Source: an uncultured Victivallales bacterium (lineage in GTDB: Bacteria > Verrucomicrobiota > Lentisphaeria > Victivallales > UBA1829). From it: a DNA stretch of 64,000 nucleotides. Of the stretch, positions 47,244 through 55,932 are shown piece after piece (within the stretch, counting starts at the first letter, position 1; each line of letters begins with the position of its first letter). The notes under the pieces are model-generated. The model saw only the letters and a program-made list of their open reading frames with translations. It was not told the origin of the DNA and ran no database searches. The position numbers and the translations under genes are program-made. The DNA lies in the NCBI GenBank assembly GCA_934661375.1, contig CAKUJH010000004.1, positions 45,968 to 109,967 of the forward strand, in the 5' to 3' direction.

Positions 47244-48485
47244 TTATTTCCAGCGTTTGTATTCTGTTTTCGGTATGTTCTGCGATGAATCCGGATTGGA
47301 TTTTCCGGTTATCGCTTCATGCGGCGCATTCAGTTCCGTCAGCGCATCCGGCCAGAGATTTCTGGCGAGAACCACTTCCATCCCCAGTGAAAAATAAATC
47401 TCATATCGTTCCGGAGCTTTCCGGGTGCCGCCCGGCGCCATTGCCATCATCAGCAGTGCGCTGTTGAGTCCGGTTCCGGGGAGTTCCGGCGGTGTCGGAA
47501 TAATGATTTTTCCTTCCGGCGCCATGTCTCCGAAACTCCAGAACGCCGTATAGGCAAGCATTCCTTCCGGTGTTCCGGGCGCCTGATTTCCGCATTCCAG
47601 AGCCAGACGCGAATTCACCTCGTCCGGAGCGGCAACCCAGCGGTACACCGCCTGAACTGCCGCTTCGGAACGTTTTTTCCGGTCCGTCATCATTTGCAGG
47701 GATACTTCCGGAGTCGCCGGATATTTCTGCGGCAGAGCCGCTTTGACCTGGGCGGCGACCGCCTGCCGCTGTGTTTCGATTGCTTCGCGCAGACGCAGAA
47801 ACGCTTCCATTTCCGGCGTATCCGTGCGGTTGATCCGGTAGGTCAGCGGCGAAGTTTCCGCCGTTTGTTTCGCTGTCTGGAACCGGGCTTCCGCGGTTGT
47901 TCCGAACCTCTGCCGGGTCAATTGACGCAATGCCTCCCGTTTCTGCTGATAAAAATCCCGGACCGGAGCGGGTATCAGACCGGTCAGCGCGCTGGTTTTT
48001 TCTTTCATTTTTGCGGAAGCCGCCGCAATTCCGGACGGGTCTTCGGGCGGCAGAGCCGGGAAGGACGCCAGTTCTTTGAGGTCAAAGTCCGGCATCTTCG
48101 CCATATTGTCAATATCGGTCGGATTCCCTTCCAGCGCGGGCAGGGTGACTCCGGTTTTTTTCAGCTGCTGACGCAATTCCGCTGCGTGCGGATTTTCCGG
48201 CGGCTGCTCTGCGTTTTGAAGTTCTTCCAGAAGAGAGAGCAGACAGATATAACCCCACCACACTGCGGCGCGGCGGTGCAGCATACGCGCGATGAATTCG
48301 CAGCCGTCCCGGAACAACCCTTTCTGCCGGAAGGCTTCCAGCAGTTCCATGGATTCCGGGTGTGCTTCGAACAGCGGTTTCAGATCCGGACGTATTCTGT
48401 AATTTTCGCGTTCGGCGACAGGACGCCACAGCGTATCACGCAAAAGCACGGAGTGCCGGTTCATCCATTCCAGTTTGTCTGCCAT
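47244..48485 (-). CDS. T6SS-embedded protein of unknown function (Y, 413 aa)
   Basis: ATG at 48485 with a gggagg RBS. No signal peptide or clear TM segment. Tryptophan-rich patches (RAAVWWGYICLL, YTAFWSFGD) and a central Q/A/R/T-rich helical-looking region. I recognise no family. Confidence 0.7.
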   Translation of the reverse strand: MADKLEWMNRHSVLLRDTLWRPVAERENYRIRPDLKPLFEAHPESMELLEAFRQKGLFRDGCEFIARMLHRRAAVWWGYICLLSLLEELQNAEQPPENPHAAELRQQLKKTGVTLPALEGNPTDIDNMAKMPDFDLKELASFPALPPEDPSGIAAASAKMKEKTSALTGLIPAPVRDFYQQKREALRQLTRQRFGTTAEARFQTAKQTAETSPLTYRINRTDTPEMEAFLRLREAIETQRQAVAAQVKAALPQKYPATPEVSLQMMTDRKKRSEAAVQAVYRWVAAPDEVNSRLALECGNQAPGTPEGMLAYTAFWSFGDMAPEGKIIIPTPPELPGTGLNSALLMMAMAPGGTRKAPERYEIYFSLGMEVVLARNLWPDALTELNAPHEAITGKSNPDSSQNIPKTEYKRWK

Positions 48486-48500
48486 AATACCTGCCTCCCT

Positions 48501-49037
48501 TTACACCTGCGTTTTCAGCGCATTGATTTTGGTTTGCAGTGTTGCCACTTGGGTGGACATGGCGGTTGCCGCTGTTTCCAGGGCATTGGCATGGTCGGTA
48601 ACCGCAGTTACATCCGTGGTAAGTGACTGAATATCAGTCCGTATTGCGGCGAATTTGGAGTCCAGAGCCGCGGCGGCTCTGGTGGCGGAAACACTGACGG
48701 AACTTTCCAGTCCGGTCAGACTCAGCCAGAACCCGGTGAAAGTGATGGAGGCAAGCGTAAAGCTGGCGCCGAATGCTTTCACGTCAATTCCGACACCTAC
48801 GGCTGTGGCGGACCCGCCGGTCGCGGAGGCATCGGCAATTTTTGCTCCGGCTCCGCCGAACGATACTTCCGCTGTCCATTTCGATTTGCCGGAATCATCC
48901 GCTTCCGTGCTGTTTTTATCCATTTCGACATTTCCATCGGAAGGACTGCCTTTCCCGGAAGCTCCGGACTGCAGAAAATTTACGCATCCGGAAAACGGAC
49001 TGCTCAGACTGTCCAGAATATTTTCATTTGCACTCAT
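48501..49037 (-). CDS. T6SS-embedded small protein of unknown function (X, 178 aa)
   Basis: ATG at 49037. Its RBS TAAGGAGG incorporates the vgrG TAA stop. It has a G/S/A/D-rich N-terminal half, a hydrophobic segment FGASFTLASITFTGFWLSLTGL, and a ~60-aa T/A-rich coiled-coil-like C-terminus (AAIRTDIQSLTTDVTAVTDHANALETAATAMSTQVATLQTKINALKTQV). Confidence 0.7.
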   Translation of the reverse strand: MSANENILDSLSSPFSGCVNFLQSGASGKGSPSDGNVEMDKNSTEADDSGKSKWTAEVSFGGAGAKIADASATGGSATAVGVGIDVKAFGASFTLASITFTGFWLSLTGLESSVSVSATRAAAALDSKFAAIRTDIQSLTTDVTAVTDHANALETAATAMSTQVATLQTKINALKTQV

Positions 49038-49047
49038 CAGAACCTCC

Positions 49048-51894
49048 TTATTTGCTGCCCGCGCCGTCGGCGTAATCGGAAATGGTTTTGTTGGACAGGT
49101 CATTCACGAACTTGACATTCAGATCCAGCTGATGACCGCGGACAGTGATGCTGGAAGACAGTTCGGAGGCAATGCTTCCGTTGACGGTTTCCACCGCCTG
49201 CCGCTGCACATCCAGCTGTTCCGCAAAAGCCTGAGCGCGGATCAGCTCCCGTTCGGTAACGGCAACCGAAGGAGAACCGCCGGGAATTTCCCGGAACATT
49301 TCCGCAGACGCTGCTGTGCTTCGGACCGTATAGGATGACATGTTGCCCAGTTCCCCCGCAGTCCGTGCCAGTGCGGAATACGTACCGCGGAAATTGGCAG
49401 CCGGCGGCAGCGATGTCTTGGTGTCGCACATGACGCTGCTGTCCAGATCCACTCCGCGGTCTGCAATGGAACGCGGCTTTCCGTCCGGTGTCTTGCCGCT
49501 TTTCCAGGCGTCCAGAGTACGGGTGATTTCGTTCAGCCCGGAGGTTTCATCCAGATGGGAAAACGCATCGGTCATCTTGTCGCGCGGCACGGTTGCCACA
49601 TCCACGACTGCGCCGGCTCCCATGAGAACCCCGTTGGCAACCTGGATGGATGCGCCGAGCGCATCGGTCAGCAGGGCGGAGAACAGACTGTTGAACCGGA
49701 GGTTTGCGCCCGATACGGAAACTCCGTCCGTCGCATTGATGCAGACCGTTGAATCGTAATTGGTTACGGTGTCCAGCACTTTCAGCGACCGGAGCATGAT
49801 ACCGTTCTGGTTTACTGTAACGGACGACGCCCCCGAAACCGACCGGACCACGCCTTCGCTTTGCAGATTCACCATGCGGCTGCCGTTGATATTGACCGCC
49901 GCCGCGGAAATGTTGAGCGTACCGTCCGTTTTGATGTCGATGCCCTGCTTCGAATACTGGAGAATCGACCCTTGCGTGAACAGTCGCAGCACATTGCCGG
50001 TACAGAACGGATTGCGGTCCAGTTCGAAAACACTCACGGCTTCTTTTGCCAGCGCGGTCAGAGCCAGCGCGGAATCATTGCCCGGCGACAGAAAATAATT
50101 TTTCCGTACCGTCAGCAGACGCGGTTTCCAGTTCAGCTCGACATCCGCGCGTTTCTCCTGACTGTTTTCATCAAATGCCAGCTGCATGAGAAACGCATAG
50201 GCGGTTCCGTCCACGATTTTCTGTTCCATGGCTTCGGAAGCCTGTTCATAACGGGAAAAACCGATTTCGTCATATTGACCGGACAGATCCTTTTCTTTTC
50301 CCGGAGCGGAATACCGCAGAGCGGAAGCATTGCGTGCGTGAGTATCTGTCCCGTCGGTGAATTCGCTGAAAGCTCCCGTTTTATCCGGGGAATATCCCAG
50401 CAGCACAACTTTGTCCGGTTCTTCCAGAAGCAGCACCCGTTCGCCGACGCGCGGGAACCGGTACAGTCCGGAACGTTTTCCGCCGAGCGGCATATTCATT
50501 TCCACATCAATGCAGGGATTTTCGGAATCGGCATTTTCGTTGCGGACCAGAAAACGCCAGGGCGTATCCGGCATGGAGCGCGGCGACTGCACCAGCGTGT
50601 TGCGGGTTTGCGGGTCATCCGTCTTTCCGTTGATGTCGCAGACAATTGCCTCCCGGATGACCGGGGCTTCGCTTCGCTGCATTTCCGGTTCTTTCGCGCA
50701 GAAACGCCTGTCCTGCGCGTCTTCCGCATAATCCATGCAGTGAAAGGACAGTTCAAAAACTCCGGCATCCGTGGAATCATCCAGCGTAACGGACAGTTCC
50801 GAATGGAGAATTTTCACTGTTACCGGCGGATCGTCCGGCTGCGCCCGGTAGAAACTGCGGATTTTCAGGATTTCGCCCGGTACCGGCAGCAGCAGAGAAG
50901 TGGTCCCGTGCCAGTCATCCTGTTCCAGACGGAACGCCCTGCCTTGCGCTTCTGCCGCGCAGTCTGCACTGGCGGATACGGTGTCATCGTCAATGTCATT
51001 TCCATGATCTGCCGGAGTTCTGTCAGAAAGATAAACGCTGCTGCCGTCTCCGTTTTCTGCATGAATGGTCCGGGATTCCAGCGGGTGCAGGAAATTTCCT
51101 TTGACGGCATCTGTTCCGATTCCGACGGACGCGCTGAACTGTTTTATGGGAAACGCCGTATCTGCGGAAATCATACTGAAATCGAACACTCCGTTTTCCG
51201 CTTGTGCCGCCAGCTGGTTCTGCTGATCCGCCGGATAACCGGTGAATTCAAAGGCACAGGTTCCGGGATATGCGTTGCCGTCGGAAAGATAAAGCATTTC
51301 CTGTCCGGCTGTTTCGTGGCGGAAGAAAAAAGAAATACCGTATCGCGCCATAATCCGGCGGACGAAATCGAAATCGGTTTCATCGCGCTGGAAGAAGCGG
51401 AGTCCACCGGAATATTTTTCCGCGGTTATGTATTTTGAATCGATCACTGCGGAAATGCCGTGCCGACGGAATACCGACTGAACGGTTTTCAGCGGCGTTG
51501 TGTCTGGATAATCCAGGGTCCGGCGGACGTATTTCAGCGCGGCGGCTTCCGGTTCAAGAGTCAGATGCAGCAGCACTCCTTTGGTGAAGCGTTTGCCGAA
51601 CTGTTTCAGCCAGCCGGGATGCAGGGATGCGGCTCCGGTTACGGAATAACGGGTTACAACGCCGTGCAGCGGACGCCGGATAATTCCGCCGTTGTAAAAC
51701 TGTTCAATGGTCAGCGTAACGCGTTTCCGCAGAAGATCGTTCTTCAGCGATGAAAGGGTCAGGCTGGATTCCGGAATGACCAGGTCGGCGTCCGCACGGT
51801 ACAGTTCGGAAATCCCTTCCCGGAGGGTAAGCCCCCAGACCTGGCTGTCTGCCAGTCCGCCGTCCTGAAACTGAATGTTGATCTGCGATTTCAT
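49048..51894 (-). CDS. vgrG: T6SS spike protein VgrG (TssI) with an extended C-terminus
   Basis: 948 aa. A gp27-like N-terminal region, a gp5 OB-fold block MPLGGKRSGLYRFPRVGERVLLLEEPDKVVLLG, a short beta-helix-like segment (~residues 640-735), and a ~200-aa tail with no recognisable domain. Confidence 0.85.
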   Translation of the reverse strand: MKSQINIQFQDGGLADSQVWGLTLREGISELYRADADLVIPESSLTLSSLKNDLLRKRVTLTIEQFYNGGIIRRPLHGVVTRYSVTGAASLHPGWLKQFGKRFTKGVLLHLTLEPEAAALKYVRRTLDYPDTTPLKTVQSVFRRHGISAVIDSKYITAEKYSGGLRFFQRDETDFDFVRRIMARYGISFFFRHETAGQEMLYLSDGNAYPGTCAFEFTGYPADQQNQLAAQAENGVFDFSMISADTAFPIKQFSASVGIGTDAVKGNFLHPLESRTIHAENGDGSSVYLSDRTPADHGNDIDDDTVSASADCAAEAQGRAFRLEQDDWHGTTSLLLPVPGEILKIRSFYRAQPDDPPVTVKILHSELSVTLDDSTDAGVFELSFHCMDYAEDAQDRRFCAKEPEMQRSEAPVIREAIVCDINGKTDDPQTRNTLVQSPRSMPDTPWRFLVRNENADSENPCIDVEMNMPLGGKRSGLYRFPRVGERVLLLEEPDKVVLLGYSPDKTGAFSEFTDGTDTHARNASALRYSAPGKEKDLSGQYDEIGFSRYEQASEAMEQKIVDGTAYAFLMQLAFDENSQEKRADVELNWKPRLLTVRKNYFLSPGNDSALALTALAKEAVSVFELDRNPFCTGNVLRLFTQGSILQYSKQGIDIKTDGTLNISAAAVNINGSRMVNLQSEGVVRSVSGASSVTVNQNGIMLRSLKVLDTVTNYDSTVCINATDGVSVSGANLRFNSLFSALLTDALGASIQVANGVLMGAGAVVDVATVPRDKMTDAFSHLDETSGLNEITRTLDAWKSGKTPDGKPRSIADRGVDLDSSVMCDTKTSLPPAANFRGTYSALARTAGELGNMSSYTVRSTAASAEMFREIPGGSPSVAVTERELIRAQAFAEQLDVQRQAVETVNGSIASELSSSITVRGHQLDLNVKFVNDLSNKTISDYADGAGSK

Positions 51895-51903
51895 GATGCT
51901 GCC

Positions 51904-52194
51904 TCAAACCAGAAAATTGATTCCGACGGTGATTGCTTCCGCTGTCGCAACGGGAACTCCGGTTACCGGGTTGACTCCGGCAACCATCGAAGTCAGCGAG
52001 GCGACGGGGCGTCCTCCGACCAGATAGGTCGGATGCATGGATACGGTGATTGCGCCGGTGCAGACCGCCCCCGTTACCGTGTCTCCCATGCAGGCGACAG
52101 GCAATCCGTTGACCAGAAAACAGGGGAATCCCGGACCGGTGATCAGGTCGCCGGTCGCGGAAACGCCGGCAATTGTCGAGACGGGGAACGGCAT
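51904..52194 (-). CDS. PAAR-domain spike-tip protein (minimal, 96 aa)
   Basis: I chose the ATG at 52194 (aggagg RBS, 1 nt after the clpV stop). PAAR-like blocks GDLITGPG, NGLPVACMGD, TG.VCTG and GGRPVA. Confidence 0.8.
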   Translation of the reverse strand: MPFPVSTIAGVSATGDLITGPGFPCFLVNGLPVACMGDTVTGAVCTGAITVSMHPTYLVGGRPVASLTSMVAGVNPVTGVPVATAEAITVGINFLV

Positions 52195-52195
52195 G

Positions 52196-54841
52196 TCAGA
52201 CCTCCTTCCGCAGTTTGAACCGGTAGATGAAACGGCCGTTTTCGGCATCGAGTCCCGCATGGGAGAACGATTTCCCTTCCATGACGGTTTCCAGAAATTT
52301 CATGCTGAGTTCCGGCAGCAGATCGTTGTTGATGATCGCGTCGATCATGCGTGCGCCCGACGCAATGTTATCGCACCGGCTGATGATTTCATCCCGGACG
52401 GCATCCGTGTACGCCAGTTCTGCATGATAGTTTTCTTTCACCCGGCGCACGACTTTGTTGAGTTTCAGGTCAATGATCCGGTTCAGCGCCGCTTTGCCCA
52501 GCGGATAGTACGGCACAATGGAAAGACGTCCGAGCAGTGCCGCCGGAAAATGTTTCAGCATGGCGGGACGGACTGCGTTTTCCAGAATCTTGACGTCCGG
52601 CAGATGCTCTTCATCGCCGCAAAGACGCATGATTTCCTCGTCGCCAACATTGGTGGTCAGGAGTATGACCGTGTTCCGGAAGTTGATGAGGCGTCCTTCG
52701 CCGTCCTCCATCTGACCTTTGTCGAAGACCTGGAAAAAGATTTCATGGACATCCGGATGCGCCTTTTCGATTTCGTCGAGCAGGACGACGCTGTACGGTT
52801 TGCGGCGGACCGCTTCGGTCAGCACACCGCCTTCACCGTATCCGACGTACCCCGGAGGTGCGCCTTTGAGCGTGGAAACCGTGTGGGCTTCCTGAAATTC
52901 ACTCATGTTGATGGTGATCAGACTCTGTTCGCTGCCGTAAAGCTGGTCGGCAAGTGTGAGCGCCGTTTCCGTTTTGCCTACGCCGCTCGGTCCCGCCAGC
53001 ATGATGACCGCAATCGGACGGTTGGGATCCGCCAGAGACGCCCGTGCCGTCTGAATCCGGCGTGCAATCAGTTCCAGTCCGTGTTTCTGCCCGATGACCC
53101 GTCTGTTCATTTCATCGGCAAGTTTCAGAATGGACTGGATTTCGTTTTTGACCATGCGGCCCAGCGGGATTCCGGTCCATTCGGAGATAATGGTGCAGAC
53201 TGCCTGTTCATCCACCTGCGGGAAAATCATGGGCGTTTCGCCTTGCAGATCACGCAGTTTTTTCTCAACGGCGCGGAGCTTATCCAGAGTTTTGCTGTCC
53301 TGTCCGTTTTCCCGGAGCTGATCCCGGAGCCGGGTGTATTCCCGCACCAGCTTCTTCTCTTTTTCCGTCCGTGCGGCAAGTTCGTCGCGGTGTTTTTTTT
53401 CGGCGTCAAGTCCGGCTTTCAGTTTTTCCAGGGCTTCCGTGTGATCCTGTCCGGACGCCTGTTCACGGGTCAGAATATCCGTTTCCAGTTCCAGAGCCGC
53501 AATTTTCCGGCGGGAATATTCCAGACTGGCGGGTTCGGCGTTCTGGCTCATGGCGACTCTGGCACATGCGGTATCCAGAATGCTGACCGCTTTATCCGGC
53601 AGCTGACGGGCGGGAATATAGCGGCGGGACAGTTTGACTGCCGCTTTCAGCGCTTCATCCAGCACCAGCACTCCGTGATGTTTTTCCAATGCCCCGACCA
53701 TTCCGCGCATCATCTGAATGGCCTTGCCGTCATCCGGTTCATCCACTAAAATGTTCTGGAAACGGCGGGTCAGTGCCGGGTCTTTTTCGAAATACTTGAC
53801 ATATTCCTGCCAGGTGGTTGCCGCAATGCAGCGCAGTTCGCCGCGGGCAAGGGCGGGTTTGAGCAGATTGGCGGCGTCGTTCTGTCCGGCGGCTCCTCCA
53901 GCCCCGATCAGAGTGTGCGCTTCGTCAATGAACAGAATGATCGGCACATCGGAATTCTGTACTTCCTCAATGACGCTTTTCAGACGGTTTTCAAATTCCC
54001 CTTTCATGCTGGCTCCCGCCTGAAGCAGTCCGATGTCCAGCGAACGCAGCACTGTTCCTTTCAGACAGTCCGGCACATCCCCGGACGCCAGCCGCTGGGC
54101 AAAGCCTTCAACGACAGCGGTTTTTCCTACGCCGGCTTCTCCGGTGAGAATCGGGTTGTTCTGCCGTCGCCGCATCAGAATGTCGATGATTTTACGGATC
54201 TCCGAATCTCGTCCCACGATCGGGTCGCATTTGCCGTTCCGGGCTTTTTCCGTCATGTCGACCGTATAGAGCCGCAGGGCTTCCCCTTTGCCCATCGCGG
54301 GCGCACTCAACATGGCTCCCGCCTGACCCGTTGCCGCGGATTCCCCGGAGTAAACCACGGAAGTTTCCGTTGAATTCTGTACAATTTTCCGGAAATTTTC
54401 CTGCAGCAGATCCGCATTGATTTTGGCAAATTCCATGCTGATGTCCAGCAGAGTACGCGAAAGTTCCGGTGTCTGACGGATCGCCAGCAGCAGGTGTCCG
54501 GTGCGGATCGCCGTTTCGCTGAAAACCAGCGACGCCAGCATCCAGGCTTCTTTCACCGCGATTTCGATCTGATTGGAAAAATCGGATATGCTTCCGGCTC
54601 CGCGCGGCAGACGGTCCATCGCCGCGGTCAGGTCTTTGGCAAGTTTCGCCGTGTCCAGCTGAAATTCCCGCACGGCACAGCTCCAGTCCGTGTTGTCGGT
54701 CAGCAGTATCTGGTTCACCCAATGCACCAGTTCCACATAGGGATTGCCGCGCGTTTTGCACAGAATGGTCGCGCTTTCTATGGTTTTATATGCGGTCTGG
54801 TCCAGTTTTCCGAAAAGCTGAATGCGTTTCAATTTACTCAT
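52196..54841 (-). CDS. clpV: T6SS AAA+ disassembly ATPase ClpV (TssH)
   Basis: Two AAA modules ([13 protein letters not shown] and [11 protein letters not shown]). The ClpV-type N-domain starts [25 protein letters not shown] prefer the ATG at 54841 to the track start at 54871. Confidence 0.9.
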   Translation of the reverse strand: MSKLKRIQLFGKLDQTAYKTIESATILCKTRGNPYVELVHWVNQILLTDNTDWSCAVREFQLDTAKLAKDLTAAMDRLPRGAGSISDFSNQIEIAVKEAWMLASLVFSETAIRTGHLLLAIRQTPELSRTLLDISMEFAKINADLLQENFRKIVQNSTETSVVYSGESAATGQAGAMLSAPAMGKGEALRLYTVDMTEKARNGKCDPIVGRDSEIRKIIDILMRRRQNNPILTGEAGVGKTAVVEGFAQRLASGDVPDCLKGTVLRSLDIGLLQAGASMKGEFENRLKSVIEEVQNSDVPIILFIDEAHTLIGAGGAAGQNDAANLLKPALARGELRCIAATTWQEYVKYFEKDPALTRRFQNILVDEPDDGKAIQMMRGMVGALEKHHGVLVLDEALKAAVKLSRRYIPARQLPDKAVSILDTACARVAMSQNAEPASLEYSRRKIAALELETDILTREQASGQDHTEALEKLKAGLDAEKKHRDELAARTEKEKKLVREYTRLRDQLRENGQDSKTLDKLRAVEKKLRDLQGETPMIFPQVDEQAVCTIISEWTGIPLGRMVKNEIQSILKLADEMNRRVIGQKHGLELIARRIQTARASLADPNRPIAVIMLAGPSGVGKTETALTLADQLYGSEQSLITINMSEFQEAHTVSTLKGAPPGYVGYGEGGVLTEAVRRKPYSVVLLDEIEKAHPDVHEIFFQVFDKGQMEDGEGRLINFRNTVILLTTNVGDEEIMRLCGDEEHLPDVKILENAVRPAMLKHFPAALLGRLSIVPYYPLGKAALNRIIDLKLNKVVRRVKENYHAELAYTDAVRDEIISRCDNIASGARMIDAIINNDLLPELSMKFLETVMEGKSFSHAGLDAENGRFIYRFKLRKEV

Positions 54842-54843
54842 AG

Positions 54844-55932
54844 TCAACCTGCTTTCTGTCCTGCCGGACAATGAAATTTATCGTCGGCTGTTTTCTGTTT
54901 CTGTTCATGTTTTCCGGCAAAAAGACCGGATGCCTCTATGCGGACTTCGGTTGTCCGTCCCGGCAGCCGTCCCAGCCAGAAACTGCGGCCCAGGGCGATT
55001 GTCCCGTCCAGTTTCGGTTCCGGAACCGTTTCTGTCCGTATCCTGTAAATGACATCGAACCGGTTGGTCTTGTTCATGTATGCGGCAGTCAGCGAACAGA
55101 AATGATCGAACGCCGGTGTGCCGGGAGCCATCCGGCAATACTGCCGGAATGACAGCGGTCCGAGATGTATGTTGATTTTTTTGGTCGTGCTGACATAACG
55201 CGTTCCCGCCTGCGTGTTTACGCCCAGCAGTCCGTTTTCCTTTTTTCCCAGCTGCCAATGACACTGCGGCGGGATGGGATAAGTGCCGAATACCCGGTCT
55301 TCCACTTCAAGCGGCAGCTGAAAGCAGTGCTGCAGACTGGCGGTGAATCCCGCACGGCTGCGGCAGAAGGAGGAGAAAAACGGAGCTGTCGTGATTCGGG
55401 TGTAGGACGCGCCCGCCCAGGACGGATTTTCAATGCAGGATGGATATCCCGCAAGTCCGCGCATGATCGAGGCAAAATTATCGTCCCCCGGACGGTCAAA
55501 CCAGACTGCGGCTTCTTTTTCCGCCCATGCCCGGTAGAACAGCGTGATGAAGCGGTGGTTGAAAATATCCAGAAAACGCTGCCATGCCAGATCGTAATAA
55601 TTATGGGAACGCTGGAAAATGTACGAGGTGAAATCCAGCGGCATCGGACCGTTCACTCCGCAGAAGCCCATGAAATACACCATCAGGAGTGCCGCCGCAT
55701 TATGGCTGCCTTCATGAATTTCCGCAATCGCGTTTTCCGGAAAATGCAGATACGGCTTCTGCGCAAAACGCAGGATTTCCTCTTCGGCTTTCTGCGCATG
55801 ACCCAGTCTCTGACGGCTGTTTTTCAGCTGTTCAAACCGCCGGACAATCTCCAAGAAATCAGGTTCCGTTTTTCCGCAGGTCAGCTGCTGGGACACCTGT
55901 TTCACAAATTTTTTGATGTTCACATCGTCCAT
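54844..55932 (-). CDS. tssG: T6SS baseplate protein TssG
   Basis: 362 aa. Family-like N-terminal blocks (FLEIVRRFEQL, EEILRFAQKPYLHFPENAI). Assigned also by its position between tssF and clpV. 13-nt overlap with tssF. Confidence 0.8.
   Translation of the reverse strand: MDDVNIKKFVKQVSQQLTCGKTEPDFLEIVRRFEQLKNSRQRLGHAQKAEEEILRFAQKPYLHFPENAIAEIHEGSHNAAALLMVYFMGFCGVNGPMPLDFTSYIFQRSHNYYDLAWQRFLDIFNHRFITLFYRAWAEKEAAVWFDRPGDDNFASIMRGLAGYPSCIENPSWAGASYTRITTAPFFSSFCRSRAGFTASLQHCFQLPLEVEDRVFGTYPIPPQCHWQLGKKENGLLGVNTQAGTRYVSTTKKINIHLGPLSFRQYCRMAPGTPAFDHFCSLTAAYMNKTNRFDVIYRIRTETVPEPKLDGTIALGRSFWLGRLPGRTTEVRIEASGLFAGKHEQKQKTADDKFHCPAGQKAG

Noticed and set aside
46752-49037. Assigning X or Y to known T6SS accessory families (TagF, TagJ, Fha, TssA-like cap, DUF4123/DUF1795/DUF2169 adaptors, Tai/Tsi-type immunity).
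   Set aside because: No motif I can recall from those families is visible by eye. I have a vague memory of T6SS-linked DUF families with W-rich motifs, but it is not firm enough to assert. Both are left as unknown pending profile searches.
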